NCBI GenBank assembly: GCA_016217555.1
Contig: JACRHW010000016.1
Span: 8,845 to 72,844 of the forward strand
Reading direction: 5' to 3'
Source of the DNA: Parcubacteria group bacterium
GTDB taxonomy: Bacteria; Patescibacteriota; Minisyncoccia; UBA6257; JACRHW01
DNA length: 64,000 nucleotides
The notes beneath the pieces were generated by a model. The model was not told the origin of the DNA. It worked only from the letters and a program-made list of their open reading frames with translations, and searched no databases. Made by a program: the position numbers and the translations under genes. Shown here piece after piece: positions 45,302-55,066 of the stretch (positions within the stretch are counted from its first letter, which is position 1; every line of letters starts with the position of its first letter).

Positions 45302-46426
45302 ATGTCCACCAAGAAAATAGTAGTCATCGTATCTCTCATAAGTACCATTGCATTAGCGGGGTGGTATTTAGTACCCAAAAAACAAATTCCTACCGATGCA
45401 CAACCAATAAAAACCACTGCAACATTTCGACAAGATCTCCCTACCCCAACCATCGAAAGTACACAAGATCATACAATAGCCTTTCCAGTATTGTCGCAAG
45501 ACGACCAATCGATACGCTATTTGAAAATAACAGGAAACACAATAGAAGATAATACTTTTTGGGAGTTGAAAACTGACGGAACTAAACGTCAACTCACTTT
45601 TGATCATATTGATGAAATACAAAATATTATATGGTCTCCTAATCGAGAAAAAGCTCTTATTCTTGTTAAAAATAATCCGGAAATAGCTAATAATGAACCG
45701 GCGTTCCATACCATAAAATTTCCGGAACTTGCCTATGTAATGTATCTTTATGATCTAAAAACAAACGTCTCAAAAGTTCTTTCGGATAAAATTAAATTCG
45801 CCACATGGTCTCCTGATGGATCAAAAATAGCCTATGCTTATGACGATCGAGTTTTGACGATAGCAAACCCAGATGGGTCTGATTATAAATCGCTGTGGGA
45901 TATTACAAAAGACCCTACTCTTTCTAAAACAAAGAATTTCTTTTTTGCATTATCGTGGCCTCAACCAGATACCATTGTTCTTGACTTAGCGAACCTTGAT
46001 ATATCGGGAACAATTTATCACATCAACCCTCTCACTGGTGTTAAGAAAAAACTACTTTCTTCTGCAGATGTACCGATACCTTCCCCAGATGGAAAACGGG
46101 GGATAGCCTATGGATCTAATAAAGAAACACGAACCCTAGCGCTTTGGGGAGAACATCTAATTGGAAAAAACATTAGCCCAATCTCAACCCGTACCAGATT
46201 CCCAGACCTAACAGCTTGGAATCCTGATAATCAACATGTCTACGTTGTAGAAAACGAACTATATACAACAACACCAAGGGTACTTGATATTAATAGCGAC
46301 AATGGCGCTTACACTACATTAACATGGCCTGGACAACCTTTTGGAGTAAGTGATGTTTTGATAACAAAAACAGGGGACAAACTCTATCTTGTGGGTTACA
46401 ATCAAATTCGGATTTTAAATCTTTAA
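45302..46426 (+). CDS. membrane-anchored beta-propeller protein (PD40/TolB-like repeats)
   Basis: 374 aa; N-terminal TM; repeated W(S/N)PDG..IAY-type motifs (WSPNREKA, WSPDGSKIAY, PSPDGKRGIAY, WNPDNQHVY). Confidence 0.5.
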   Translation: MSTKKIVVIVSLISTIALAGWYLVPKKQIPTDAQPIKTTATFRQDLPTPTIESTQDHTIAFPVLSQDDQSIRYLKITGNTIEDNTFWELKTDGTKRQLTFDHIDEIQNIIWSPNREKALILVKNNPEIANNEPAFHTIKFPELAYVMYLYDLKTNVSKVLSDKIKFATWSPDGSKIAYAYDDRVLTIANPDGSDYKSLWDITKDPTLSKTKNFFFALSWPQPDTIVLDLANLDISGTIYHINPLTGVKKKLLSSADVPIPSPDGKRGIAYGSNKETRTLALWGEHLIGKNISPISTRTRFPDLTAWNPDNQHVYVVENELYTTTPRVLDINSDNGAYTTLTWPGQPFGVSDVLITKTGDKLYLVGYNQIRILNL

Positions 46427-46440
46427 AACAATGACACAAA

Positions 46441-47718
46441 ATGATTAACAAAAACTTTGTTATCTCTTTTTTTCTGAGTGGAGTTTTGTTTTTCTTAATT
46501 TCTCCAATAATCACAAAAGCCTCTCAAGAAAAAATAATTATATATTCTGCAACATGGTGTGGTGCGTGCAATACATCAAAGGATTATTTAAAAACAAATG
46601 GCCTTGTGTATGAAGTAGTCGATATTACGAATTGGACTGATGAAAAACTAAAAAAAGAAGGGATAGGAGGAGTACCGGTGATTCAAGTGGGAAATACCAA
46701 ATTCCTTGGCTTAGATGATGCGAGAACAAGTTTGGAACAACTCAAAAATAATCTTATGGCGGATAAAGAAAAAACTGATGCCCCAACCTCCCAGAACAAA
46801 ACAAAAACAGGAGGCTTCCAACTCGTTCCTTGTAACGGAGTCGATTGCTCGCTGTGTGATGTGTTTGTCATGGTAAACAACATCTATCAACTCCTTGTTT
46901 GGATTGCCGCTTCGTTTGCTATAGGGCTTATCACCTATGCGGGGATTACCATGATTGTAAATAGTGCGAATCCAGAAAAAGCAAAGAAGGGAAGAGAACT
47001 GATTATTCAAACCCTGATTGCCCTTGCTATCGTATTTGGTTCTAGCTTGATTGTAAATGAAGTACTACATGCACTTGCAGGGAGTAGTGCAACCTCGGAT
47101 AATGTATTTCATAAATTTACTTGTGAATCGAAGTCACCAACCCTTGGGGGGGTAGGACTTTCAAAGGTGGGGGGAGGAAAGATAACCCTAAATGGAGCGA
47201 CGCAAAATGGTGGTGGGCAAGGCGGAGGAGGTGGAACAAGCGCAGAAGGCCAAGCATTAGCAGATAAAGCAAGAACACTCGAGGGGCATAAAAGTACAGA
47301 ATTTTGTAGTTTTGATCCACGCAATGCGTGTGCCTCAGTCGTAAGCGACGCATTAGGACTATCTCAAGCAGATATGCTTAAATATGGGACAAGAAGTGTT
47401 GACGGTGTTGCAAATTTTGTAAAAACCCAAAGAGGTTACAATAGAAAGGTTACTGATCCTTCGCAACTAAAACCAGGAGACATTGTCTTACTTAATGTCG
47501 GAAGTCGTTATAGTAATGACGCTGGTGGTGTTTTTTCAAATGATCCAGTATGGTCCCAACAAGCAAACAAAGTTGGGGGTTATCCTCAGCATGTTGGTAT
47601 TTATGTTGGTAACGGGATGATAATTGATAATTCATCAGAACCAAAAGGTTCTCAAGGCAATGGAGTTAAATACCGCCCACTAACAACCCATACCTTTTTT
47701 GGTGGACTGGGAAAATAA
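46441..47718 (+). CDS. multi-domain secreted/membrane protein: glutaredoxin-like + Cys motif + VirB2/TrbC-like double-TM module + Gly-rich linker + NlpC/P60- or CHAP-like papain-fold hydrolase
   Basis: 425 aa; YSATWCGACNTSKDYL...GVPVIQVG (Grx/NrdH-like); VPCNGVDCSLCDVFVMVNN + TM hairpin; KFTCESKSPTLGGVGLSKV; C-terminal ...NACASVVSDALGL...GDIVLL...QHVGIYVGNGMIIDNS. Confidence 0.6.
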   Translation: MINKNFVISFFLSGVLFFLISPIITKASQEKIIIYSATWCGACNTSKDYLKTNGLVYEVVDITNWTDEKLKKEGIGGVPVIQVGNTKFLGLDDARTSLEQLKNNLMADKEKTDAPTSQNKTKTGGFQLVPCNGVDCSLCDVFVMVNNIYQLLVWIAASFAIGLITYAGITMIVNSANPEKAKKGRELIIQTLIALAIVFGSSLIVNEVLHALAGSSATSDNVFHKFTCESKSPTLGGVGLSKVGGGKITLNGATQNGGGQGGGGGTSAEGQALADKARTLEGHKSTEFCSFDPRNACASVVSDALGLSQADMLKYGTRSVDGVANFVKTQRGYNRKVTDPSQLKPGDIVLLNVGSRYSNDAGGVFSNDPVWSQQANKVGGYPQHVGIYVGNGMIIDNSSEPKGSQGNGVKYRPLTTHTFFGGLGK

Positions 47719-47798
47719 TAAAAAACAACAACGCAGGAAATGGTATCGAGTACCCTTTTGTCTTTTTGTAAAGTACGAAATATTAAAATTGATTATAC

Positions 47799-48857
47799 GT
47801 GACATCAAGATTTCTAAAAAAAGGGAGGATAATAAATGTATCTATATTATTAGTAGTTATTCCTATCTTCGCTTTCGCACAAAGTATCGTTCCTTGTAGC
47901 GGACCGGACTGTTCGATTTGTGATCTAGTGGTACTTGTAAACAATCTTTATCTTTTTATTATTGGGTGGAGTCCCGTGGTTGCTGCGCTTCTTATTGGTT
48001 GGGCGGGGATTCAGATGATTATCTATGGCTCAAACTCAAGCAAGATTGGTGAAGCGCGTAATTCCATACAAAAAACACTACTGTGGCTCGCCATTATTTA
48101 CTGCTCATTCCTCATCGTAAATCTCGTCATCCACCTCCTCCCTGTCTCAAGCAAACTTCAAGGCAGTTGGTATAAATTCACGTGCACATCACATTCGCCA
48201 GGTCTGGGCGGGCAAGGCCTTACAAAAGTAACAGGGAGTAGGGTGACACTCAGCAGAGTAGAACAGACATCAAGAGGAGGTGAAACACCACCACCGGGAG
48301 GAGGAAACGGAATAAGCCACCAGGGAGAATATGCAGGAACCTTAAGTTATCCAAAGAATGTGGATCCAAAAAGTTTGAATGATTGTTTAGATAAAGCAAT
48401 CAGAAGTATGAATTCAAATTCACCATTACGAGGCGAGTGGTTTGCACAAGAAGGGGCAAAACACAACATTAATCCTGCATTTCTCATCGCAATCGCAAAA
48501 CAAGAGTCACAACTTGGTACTTCCTATGATTATACAAAAGCAGATCCCAAAAACGGTGGGCGTTATAATATTGGCAATATCCGTCCTGTTGGTGGCACTG
48601 GATTTGCCAATTATAATTCTTTTCAAGAGGGCATAGACGCAAAGGCAACCCTTTTGGCAGATTGGTATATATATCCAAATGGAAAAAAGGGGTACAGCAA
48701 CCTAACAACTGTTAGGGCCGTAGGATATGTATATTGTCCACCAGCTGATTGCGGACCAAGTCATACCTCCAAAGAAACCGAAGAATGGATAGCAGGTGTT
48801 TCTAATTATATGTCAAAGATAAATTCAGATTGTGGAGGACGATTACAAACCAAGTAA
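47799..48857 (+). CDS. multi-domain secreted/membrane protein: Cys motif + VirB2/TrbC-like double-TM module + Gly/Pro linker + glucosaminidase/FlgJ-like muramidase domain
   Basis: 352 aa; signal; VPCSGPDCSICDLVVLVNN + TM hairpin paralogous to 46441 gene; YKFTCTSHSPGLGGQGLTKV; C-terminal ...FLIAIAKQESQLGTSYDY...RYNIGNIRPVGG...FQEGIDAKATLLADWY. Confidence 0.6.
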   Translation: MTSRFLKKGRIINVSILLVVIPIFAFAQSIVPCSGPDCSICDLVVLVNNLYLFIIGWSPVVAALLIGWAGIQMIIYGSNSSKIGEARNSIQKTLLWLAIIYCSFLIVNLVIHLLPVSSKLQGSWYKFTCTSHSPGLGGQGLTKVTGSRVTLSRVEQTSRGGETPPPGGGNGISHQGEYAGTLSYPKNVDPKSLNDCLDKAIRSMNSNSPLRGEWFAQEGAKHNINPAFLIAIAKQESQLGTSYDYTKADPKNGGRYNIGNIRPVGGTGFANYNSFQEGIDAKATLLADWYIYPNGKKGYSNLTTVRAVGYVYCPPADCGPSHTSKETEEWIAGVSNYMSKINSDCGGRLQTK

Positions 48858-49706
48858 ACTTCCCGACATTGGTTTTTTACCTTCAATTTGGATAGTGTCC
48901 AGGATTAAAACATTATTTTCTACGTGTGCTTTGAGTACTTTAATACGCTTACCATCTTTCATAAAATAAGTTCCTGGTTCTTGATTTAGGGCGCGCACCT
49001 TGCAGTCGAGTTCCTCAGCTGGTTTATTAAAATCCAATAATCCATCTTCGCCTTTGTATATCTTAGTGTATATCGCCAGCGCATCATCTTGCGGCACTGG
49101 TTTAATTTTTCCTTCTAGCCAGTCCGGAATAACATCTATGAGTGTTTTTGCTCCTAATTCAGCAAGTTCTTTGCTAAGGGTGGGGTAGTCATAATTGGAA
49201 ATTGCCGCCTCTGGCGAGCCTCGCTCTTGGCGGGGAAATTCATACTTGGAAATTTTTAGTATTTGTCCATGATCCATCTTCTCATCCAAAAGCATTATGG
49301 TTACGCCAGTTTCTTTGTCACCATTTAAGATCGCTGTCTGGATAGGGGTGGGTCCACGGTATTTGGGAAGTAATGAAGGGTGTACGTTGAGGCTTCCGTG
49401 CTTTGGAATATCAAGTACTGATTTTGGAATAAGTTTTCCATAGGCAGCAACAATAAAAATATCAGGCTCTAGTGCCGCAAGATCATCTTTTATTTCACTC
49501 AATTTTTCAGGTTGAAAAACAGGAATGTCTTTTAATCCCTCCTGTTCAAGAATCCATTTTTTGACGAGTGGGGGAGTTATGGTATGTTTTCTTCCTACTG
49601 GTCTATCCGGATTTGTCACAATAGCGCTCGGAACATAACCAGCCTCAATAAGATGTTCGAGAATAGTGACAGCAAAATCAGGGGTTCCAAAAAAAACGTA
49701 TTTCAT
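48843..49706 (-). CDS. fmt: methionyl-tRNA formyltransferase
   Basis: 287 aa; ...NVHPSLLPKYRG.TPIQ.AIL.GD.ETGVTIM... Confidence 0.9.
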   Translation of the reverse strand: MKYVFFGTPDFAVTILEHLIEAGYVPSAIVTNPDRPVGRKHTITPPLVKKWILEQEGLKDIPVFQPEKLSEIKDDLAALEPDIFIVAAYGKLIPKSVLDIPKHGSLNVHPSLLPKYRGPTPIQTAILNGDKETGVTIMLLDEKMDHGQILKISKYEFPRQERGSPEAAISNYDYPTLSKELAELGAKTLIDVIPDWLEGKIKPVPQDDALAIYTKIYKGEDGLLDFNKPAEELDCKVRALNQEPGTYFMKDGKRIKVLKAHVENNVLILDTIQIEGKKPMSGSLLGL

Positions 49707-49794
49707 AGGAGTGTATTTTGTATCTAGTAGTTAGTATCTTGTATATGTCCACCATAGGCGGACTGCGTGCCAGATACAACGTTTAACATAAAAT

Positions 49795-50274
49795 TTAAGC
49801 TTTTACTTCTCCGTCAACGCGATATAAAGAGGTCGCTTTATCAATAAACAATTTACCGTTAAGGTGATCCATTTCGTGTTGGAAGATGCGCGCGAGAAGA
49901 CCCACTGCTTTAATTTTTACAAATTTTCCACGCATATCTGTTCCCTGAATGGTTATTTTTGTAGCGCGCTTTACAGGACCATACACCATCGGTACGCTCA
50001 AACACCCCTCCTCACCCTCCTCCTCCTCAGATGAACTTTTTATAATTTCTGGATTAATAAGCGTATAAAATTTACCAGCATGGGTCGCAACAAATACCTT
50101 ACACTCTTCACCAATTTGATTTGCAGCGAGACCGATACCATTTGTGGCAATCATTGTTTTTTTCATCTCACCAACAAAACCACGCGTAATAGAGTGTGGG
50201 TCAGAAACCTCCTTTGTTTTCTTTCTCAAGAAAGCCTCAGATTCTTTGGTTGCAATAGTTACGATGGTGAACAT
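49795..50274 (-). CDS. def: peptide deformylase
   Basis: 159 aa; GIGLAANQIG, EGCLSVP, HEMDHLNG; acidic insert SSSEEEEGEEG. Confidence 0.9.
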   Translation of the reverse strand: MFTIVTIATKESEAFLRKKTKEVSDPHSITRGFVGEMKKTMIATNGIGLAANQIGEECKVFVATHAGKFYTLINPEIIKSSSEEEEGEEGCLSVPMVYGPVKRATKITIQGTDMRGKFVKIKAVGLLARIFQHEMDHLNGKLFIDKATSLYRVDGEVKA

Positions 50275-50330
50275 GACGATTAGCTTATTAGGTCTACGGA
50301 TTAACTTATATCACAAAAACTCATTAAGTA

Positions 50331-52106
50331 CTAGAGTATAGAGGTGGCGCCAATATCAATGGTAAATCCGCGAGGTACTAATGCCAAGAAACGATTTCGT
50401 GCACGCAAATCATCATCGGTAATCTCTGGGGGACTCTTTTTGAGATGCATAAAAATATGGTAATAATATTGACGATTTATTTTGCTTATAAAGGCGGGGG
50501 ATGGATCGGAAATCTCAAATGATGCCTCGAGATGGTTACTTATAACAAATTCGCGCATACGTGCCACAAGAGTAGCCATAGTACTTTTGATACTTTCCTC
50601 GCTACTGTGTGTATAGGTAATTTTAGTAAGTTCCGCGAATGGGGGATACCCATAGCGCTCTCTCGCCCTGCGCTCTCTCTCAAAAAATTTCTCTGGCGTG
50701 TTGATGTATCCAAAAATAGGACGCGTACTATCTCGAGTACAAATATAAATATGTTTTGATGAAAAACCTAGTTTTCGTACCATACGAAAGACACGTTCCT
50801 CGCTTCCAAAATCAGGAATGTTAAGCATGCGATCCGTGTCGATAATAAGTGATGCATCGACTAAGGGTAGTGAGTGTTTAAAGATAAGCTCTGTAGCCAC
50901 AAGGACACCTTGGTGGGACTCATTAAATTGATTAAGTATCTCTTCTTCTCTTTTTGAAGTTTTAGCATTATCAGAATCGAAGGGAAAAAACGTATGCAGA
51001 GGAAATACTTTCTTAAACCTCTCAACTACCTTTTCCGATCCCACCCCAGAGAATCCCGTCAAAAAACCATGACACTCAGGACAAATATCTTGAGGATTTT
51101 TCTCTACGTACTTACAGTGATGACAGGTGAGACGTTTTGTTTGATTCGTGTCATCTACATGCGAAACAAATCCCGCGGAACACCTTGGACAACGATACAT
51201 ATAGCCACACGAGGCACAAAGAACAAAAGGAACATATCCACGTCGATTTACGAGAATAATAATTTTATTACATTGTTGTAATTCTGATAGCGGAAGATTC
51301 TTTATTAATCGTGAAAATACATCAAGTTGCATTTTTCTCGCTGGGTCTTTTTTGCCCCCAAGAAGGGTATATGCAATATCTTGGGCATTATGACGTGTCA
51401 TAATGCCTTGCTGAACTTCTGAACCATGAACACGAGCGAGCTCCTCTGCAAGAACGTGTGTATCGAAAAAAGGAAAAGACAGGTTCTTGTATAAACTATG
51501 ATCTGCTTCAGCTATTTTGATAGAGGCAAGATTGTGCCACGGCAAAAAGAGTGCTGAAGATAATCCAACCACTGTTATAGGATCCCCCCTTAATATTTTT
51601 GTCCAAAGCGCTCTCTGTACTTTTACCGGCAAAGATTTCTTATAAACAACAAACCCTTGATCACTAAGCTCTGTAGCAATATGATTGAGAAACGCCTCTG
51701 TGGGGACAAGAATAAGGCGCTGAGATGCAACACTATCGAAACGTTTCGGAATAGAAAGTTCTGGAAAATGAAGAAATGTTTTTGCGGGGGAGGGGAGAGC
51801 GTATTTAAGTACGGAGGGCAAAGCCATATTATAACGCAATGCAACACGTTCAAAAAAAAGCTTCTGGCGAGGACTAATAATAGGTGCATCACTTATTACA
51901 CCCCTGATAGATTGTGGCACATATCCAGCATTCTTTACCGAAAGCTTTATCTCCTTAATATGAGTTGAAGAGACAACAAAAGCGACACAATCCCTACCAC
52001 GAAGGGGGACGGTAATCAAATTACCACGCATGAGCGGTTGCTTGGCGTAGTAGGTAAGCACAGGATTGGGGATGGACTCTAAGACAAGGGCTTTAATGAT
52101 ATACAT
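50331..52106 (-). CDS. priA: primosomal protein N' (PriA) homolog with degenerate helicase ATPase motifs
   Basis: 591 aa; PriA-like ...LILVPTEAFLNH...VVGLSSALFLPW..L..I.I and zinc-binding CPRCSAGFVSH...CHHCKY...CPECHG; Walker A GxGKT not found and DEEH box reads AEADH. Confidence 0.7.
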   Translation of the reverse strand: MYIIKALVLESIPNPVLTYYAKQPLMRGNLITVPLRGRDCVAFVVSSTHIKEIKLSVKNAGYVPQSIRGVISDAPIISPRQKLFFERVALRYNMALPSVLKYALPSPAKTFLHFPELSIPKRFDSVASQRLILVPTEAFLNHIATELSDQGFVVYKKSLPVKVQRALWTKILRGDPITVVGLSSALFLPWHNLASIKIAEADHSLYKNLSFPFFDTHVLAEELARVHGSEVQQGIMTRHNAQDIAYTLLGGKKDPARKMQLDVFSRLIKNLPLSELQQCNKIIILVNRRGYVPFVLCASCGYMYRCPRCSAGFVSHVDDTNQTKRLTCHHCKYVEKNPQDICPECHGFLTGFSGVGSEKVVERFKKVFPLHTFFPFDSDNAKTSKREEEILNQFNESHQGVLVATELIFKHSLPLVDASLIIDTDRMLNIPDFGSEERVFRMVRKLGFSSKHIYICTRDSTRPIFGYINTPEKFFERERRARERYGYPPFAELTKITYTHSSEESIKSTMATLVARMREFVISNHLEASFEISDPSPAFISKINRQYYYHIFMHLKKSPPEITDDDLRARNRFLALVPRGFTIDIGATSIL

Positions 52107-52112
52107 ACTGCC

Positions 52113-52192
52113 GTCATTCCCGACTTGATCGGGAATCCAGAGCCCTAAGGTATCCTTAAGAATCCTAGATTCCCGCTTACGCCAGGAATGAC
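52113..52192. repeat. composite of two GTCATTCC...GGAATCC-type palindromes between priA and ctpA
   Basis: gtcattcccgacttgatcgggaatccagagcc ... tagattcccgcttacgccaggaatgac. Confidence 0.6.
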
Positions 52193-52256
52193 AAATTAAT
52201 AGTCCACAAATTGACAGAGAAGACGAAAAACTCGATACTAATACTTATAAGATACC

Positions 52257-53513
52257 ATGAAAAAAATATCTAAACTTCTCCTTTCTTTAAAGGAAATTGG
52301 ACCGCTAGCAAAAATTCCTCTTCTTATCATTTCACTTTTCCTTGTAGGAGTCGGCAGTTTCTATATAGGGAGAATTTCTGTGGCACTCGTACCACCACAA
52401 ATTGTAATTCCTGCGCACGTCACCTCACCCACCAAACCTAATCTTGATTTTGGTATTTTTTGGGAAGCCTGGAATACTGCCCAAGACCTCTACTTATTTA
52501 AATCAAAGATAAACGAAAAAGAAATGGTCTATGGCGCCACAAGGGGGATGATCAAGTCGCTTAACGATCCCTACACAGAGTTTTTTACCCCGGAAGAAAA
52601 TAAAACCTTTGCACAAGAGGTGGGAGGAGCTTTTGGCGGTATCGGTGCAGAAATTGGCTTCAAAAACGAAGATCTCACCATTATTGCCCCCCTCAAGGGA
52701 AACCAAGCGGAGGCGGTAGGACTTCAGGCGGGCGATAGAATTCTCAAAATTGATGCAAAAATAGTTACAAAGGATATGTCTCTTGATGAAGCAATACGTC
52801 TTATTCGTGGCCCCATAGATACTAAAGTAAAACTTCTTATACTAAGAAAAGATGCACAAACCCCAAAGGAATTTGAAATAACAAGAAAAGAGGTGGTAAT
52901 TCCTACTGCTGAGCTTGATATGCTCGAAGGAGGTATTGCCCACATAAAACTTTACAATTTTAATGCCCGTGCAGCGTCAAAATTTTATAGTCTTATATAC
53001 GAATCTCTTCTCAAGGGAACAAAAGGATATATCGTCGATGTACGTAATAATCCAGGAGGCTTTCTAGAGGTCGGCATCGACATCGCAAGTCATTTTATCG
53101 AACCGGGACAGATCGTAGTAAAAGAAGAAAATTATAAAGGACAGGTAGAGCTCCATCGTTCCTCGATTGATGGAAGTGCAGTATTGCGACAATTTCCTGT
53201 AGTTCTTCTTGCTAACGAAGGTTCTGCATCCGCCTCTGAAATTCTTATTGGTGCATTACGAGATAATCGAGGAACAAAATTGATAGGAAAGAAAACGTTC
53301 GGAAAAGGAGTAGTCCAAGAACTAAGAACACTAAGTGATGGATCCTCTCTCAAAGTAACTATTGCACGTTGGCTCACTCCAAAAGGAACTTCTCTTGCAA
53401 ATGGAGGCCTTGTTCCCGACTATGAGATAAACTTCACCGAAGAAGATGCAAAAAATAAACGCGATCCACAACTGAGTAAAGCCATTGAAGTTCTTAAAGA
53501 ACAAATAAAATAA
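52257..53513 (+). CDS. ctpA: carboxyl-terminal processing protease (S41 family) with PDZ domain
   Basis: 418 aa; N-terminal TM; PDZ ...GLQAGDRILKIDAKIV...; S41 ...VVLLANEGSASASEILIGALRDNRGTKLIGKKTFGKG... Confidence 0.85.
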   Translation: MKKISKLLLSLKEIGPLAKIPLLIISLFLVGVGSFYIGRISVALVPPQIVIPAHVTSPTKPNLDFGIFWEAWNTAQDLYLFKSKINEKEMVYGATRGMIKSLNDPYTEFFTPEENKTFAQEVGGAFGGIGAEIGFKNEDLTIIAPLKGNQAEAVGLQAGDRILKIDAKIVTKDMSLDEAIRLIRGPIDTKVKLLILRKDAQTPKEFEITRKEVVIPTAELDMLEGGIAHIKLYNFNARAASKFYSLIYESLLKGTKGYIVDVRNNPGGFLEVGIDIASHFIEPGQIVVKEENYKGQVELHRSSIDGSAVLRQFPVVLLANEGSASASEILIGALRDNRGTKLIGKKTFGKGVVQELRTLSDGSSLKVTIARWLTPKGTSLANGGLVPDYEINFTEEDAKNKRDPQLSKAIEVLKEQIK

Positions 53514-53514
53514 T

Positions 53515-53727
53515 ATGGATATCTCGACTTTAAAATCTCTTACTAGTCTCGTGTTTATTCTTTCAATTTTTTTCGTATTGATCATGAGCGTTATTCTTAA
53601 TTACCATTGGTCAAACTACGGTGTTAACACATTATCATTAAGAAAAATACAGCTCGTACACATACTTGTCATGGGAATCTTGTTTTTCCTCACCATTATC
53701 TTATTTTTTAATACCCTCGCATCATGA
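53515..53727 (+). CDS. small hypothetical membrane protein
   Basis: 70 aa; two hydrophobic segments; tightly packed between ctpA and the next gene. Confidence 0.35.
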   Translation: MDISTLKSLTSLVFILSIFFVLIMSVILNYHWSNYGVNTLSLRKIQLVHILVMGILFFLTIILFFNTLAS

Positions 53728-54257
53728 TTCAACTCTACGAAGGCGAAACAATTACAAAAACAATCAGGCGCCATTGGTTTATCGTTGCCACTGATATTGT
53801 TATGTTTCTTTTTTTTGCATTGGTGCCCCTTTTTGGGATTACAATGTTTTTAAATGCGGTAACAAAAGGAGGGGGTGCAACAGACTATGGAGCTTTCATT
53901 GCTTTTTTTTATCTCGTGTGGCTTGAGTTCTCATGGATTATGTTTGCAGTAACATGGACGACAAACTACTACCTCGATGTTGTTCTCATTACCAATCGCC
54001 GCCTTTTAAAAGTAGAACAAAAAGGATTGTTCGCACGAGACATTGCAGAGATGAGACTCGAAAGAATCCAAGATATCTCAGTGGATATTATGGGCCTCAT
54101 CCCCTCATTACTCAATTTTGGAGACCTCAAGGTACAAACTGCGGGAGAAGAAGAGGCATTTGTCATATCAGATATACCTGACCCAAACGGAATAAAAAAT
54201 ACCATATTTGAACATCACGACGATCCACAGGGACCCGTCACAAAACAAGGATTATGA
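53724..54257 (+). CDS. membrane protein with bacterial PH (bPH_2/YdbT-like) domain
   Basis: 177 aa; two TM then ...NRRLLKVEQKGLFARDIAEMRLERIQDISVD... Confidence 0.5.
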   Translation: MIQLYEGETITKTIRRHWFIVATDIVMFLFFALVPLFGITMFLNAVTKGGGATDYGAFIAFFYLVWLEFSWIMFAVTWTTNYYLDVVLITNRRLLKVEQKGLFARDIAEMRLERIQDISVDIMGLIPSLLNFGDLKVQTAGEEEAFVISDIPDPNGIKNTIFEHHDDPQGPVTKQGL

Positions 54258-54697
54258 AACTTATTTTTCTCAAAGATATACCAGGCGTAGGGAAAAAAGG
54301 AGAGGTGAAAGAATGTAAAGAGGGCTATGCTAAAAATTTTCTTCTCCCAAAAAGACTCGCAAAGCTAGCTACTGATGGAGCGCTCTCTTTGGTAGCACAA
54401 CAACACAAAGCACTTGAAACACGTAAGGAGAAAGAACATGCCTCGCAAGTAGCTCTGGCACACACTCTAAAAAACATAGAACTTATATTCACCCTCAAGA
54501 CATCAAAGGAAAATGCATTCGGATCCATTACAAAAAATGATATTCTTCTGAAACTTAGGGAAGAGGGGATTGAACTCACCAAAGAAATGCTTGAGCTTGA
54601 TCGTCCTATAAAAAAAACAGGGATAGTTGAAATCCCTGTTTCTCTAAAAGATAAAATAAGTTCGACACTAACGATACATATTCAAGGTTCCTCTTAA
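54254..54697 (+). CDS. rplI: 50S ribosomal protein L9
   Basis: 147 aa; [32 protein letters not shown]... Confidence 0.9.
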   Translation: MKLIFLKDIPGVGKKGEVKECKEGYAKNFLLPKRLAKLATDGALSLVAQQHKALETRKEKEHASQVALAHTLKNIELIFTLKTSKENAFGSITKNDILLKLREEGIELTKEMLELDRPIKKTGIVEIPVSLKDKISSTLTIHIQGSS

Positions 54698-54966
54698 ACC
54701 ACATTTATCACGGTGATTTTTTTGCGAGATCCATCGAATGAGATTTTTTGACGTGAAGAGAATTTGACGCTTCCTGTAGTAATGGCGTAAAGTGTATCAT
54801 CACCTCCACGTCGAACATTCTTACCGGGATGCCATTTTGTTCCCCGCTGACGTATCAAAATAGTTCCTGCTTTTACAGGTTGTCCATCAAACTTTTTAAC
54901 TCCTAGACGTTTTGAGCGTGAATCTCTGCCCAACTTGGTAGAGCCGCCCGCTTTGGTATGTGCCAT
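54694..54966 (-). CDS. rpmA: 50S ribosomal protein L27
   Basis: 90 aa; [42 protein letters not shown]; no rplU upstream. Confidence 0.92.
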   Translation of the reverse strand: MAHTKAGGSTKLGRDSRSKRLGVKKFDGQPVKAGTILIRQRGTKWHPGKNVRRGGDDTLYAITTGSVKFSSRQKISFDGSRKKITVINVV

Positions 54967-54977
54967 AGTATAAGTAC

Positions 54978-55010
54978 GTTAGCTAATTAGTATTTAGCTT
55001 TTTAGGAAAA
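54978..55010 (-). repeat. CCTAAAAAGCTAA-type motif upstream of rpmA (minus strand)
   Basis: reverse complement reads cctaaaaagctaaatactaattagctaacgtacttatac then ATG. Confidence 0.5.
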
Positions 55011-55066
55011 CGAGTCGATGCTAGCCTAAGAAGCTAACATCTAACTCTCTAGAAAGCTAATCAATT

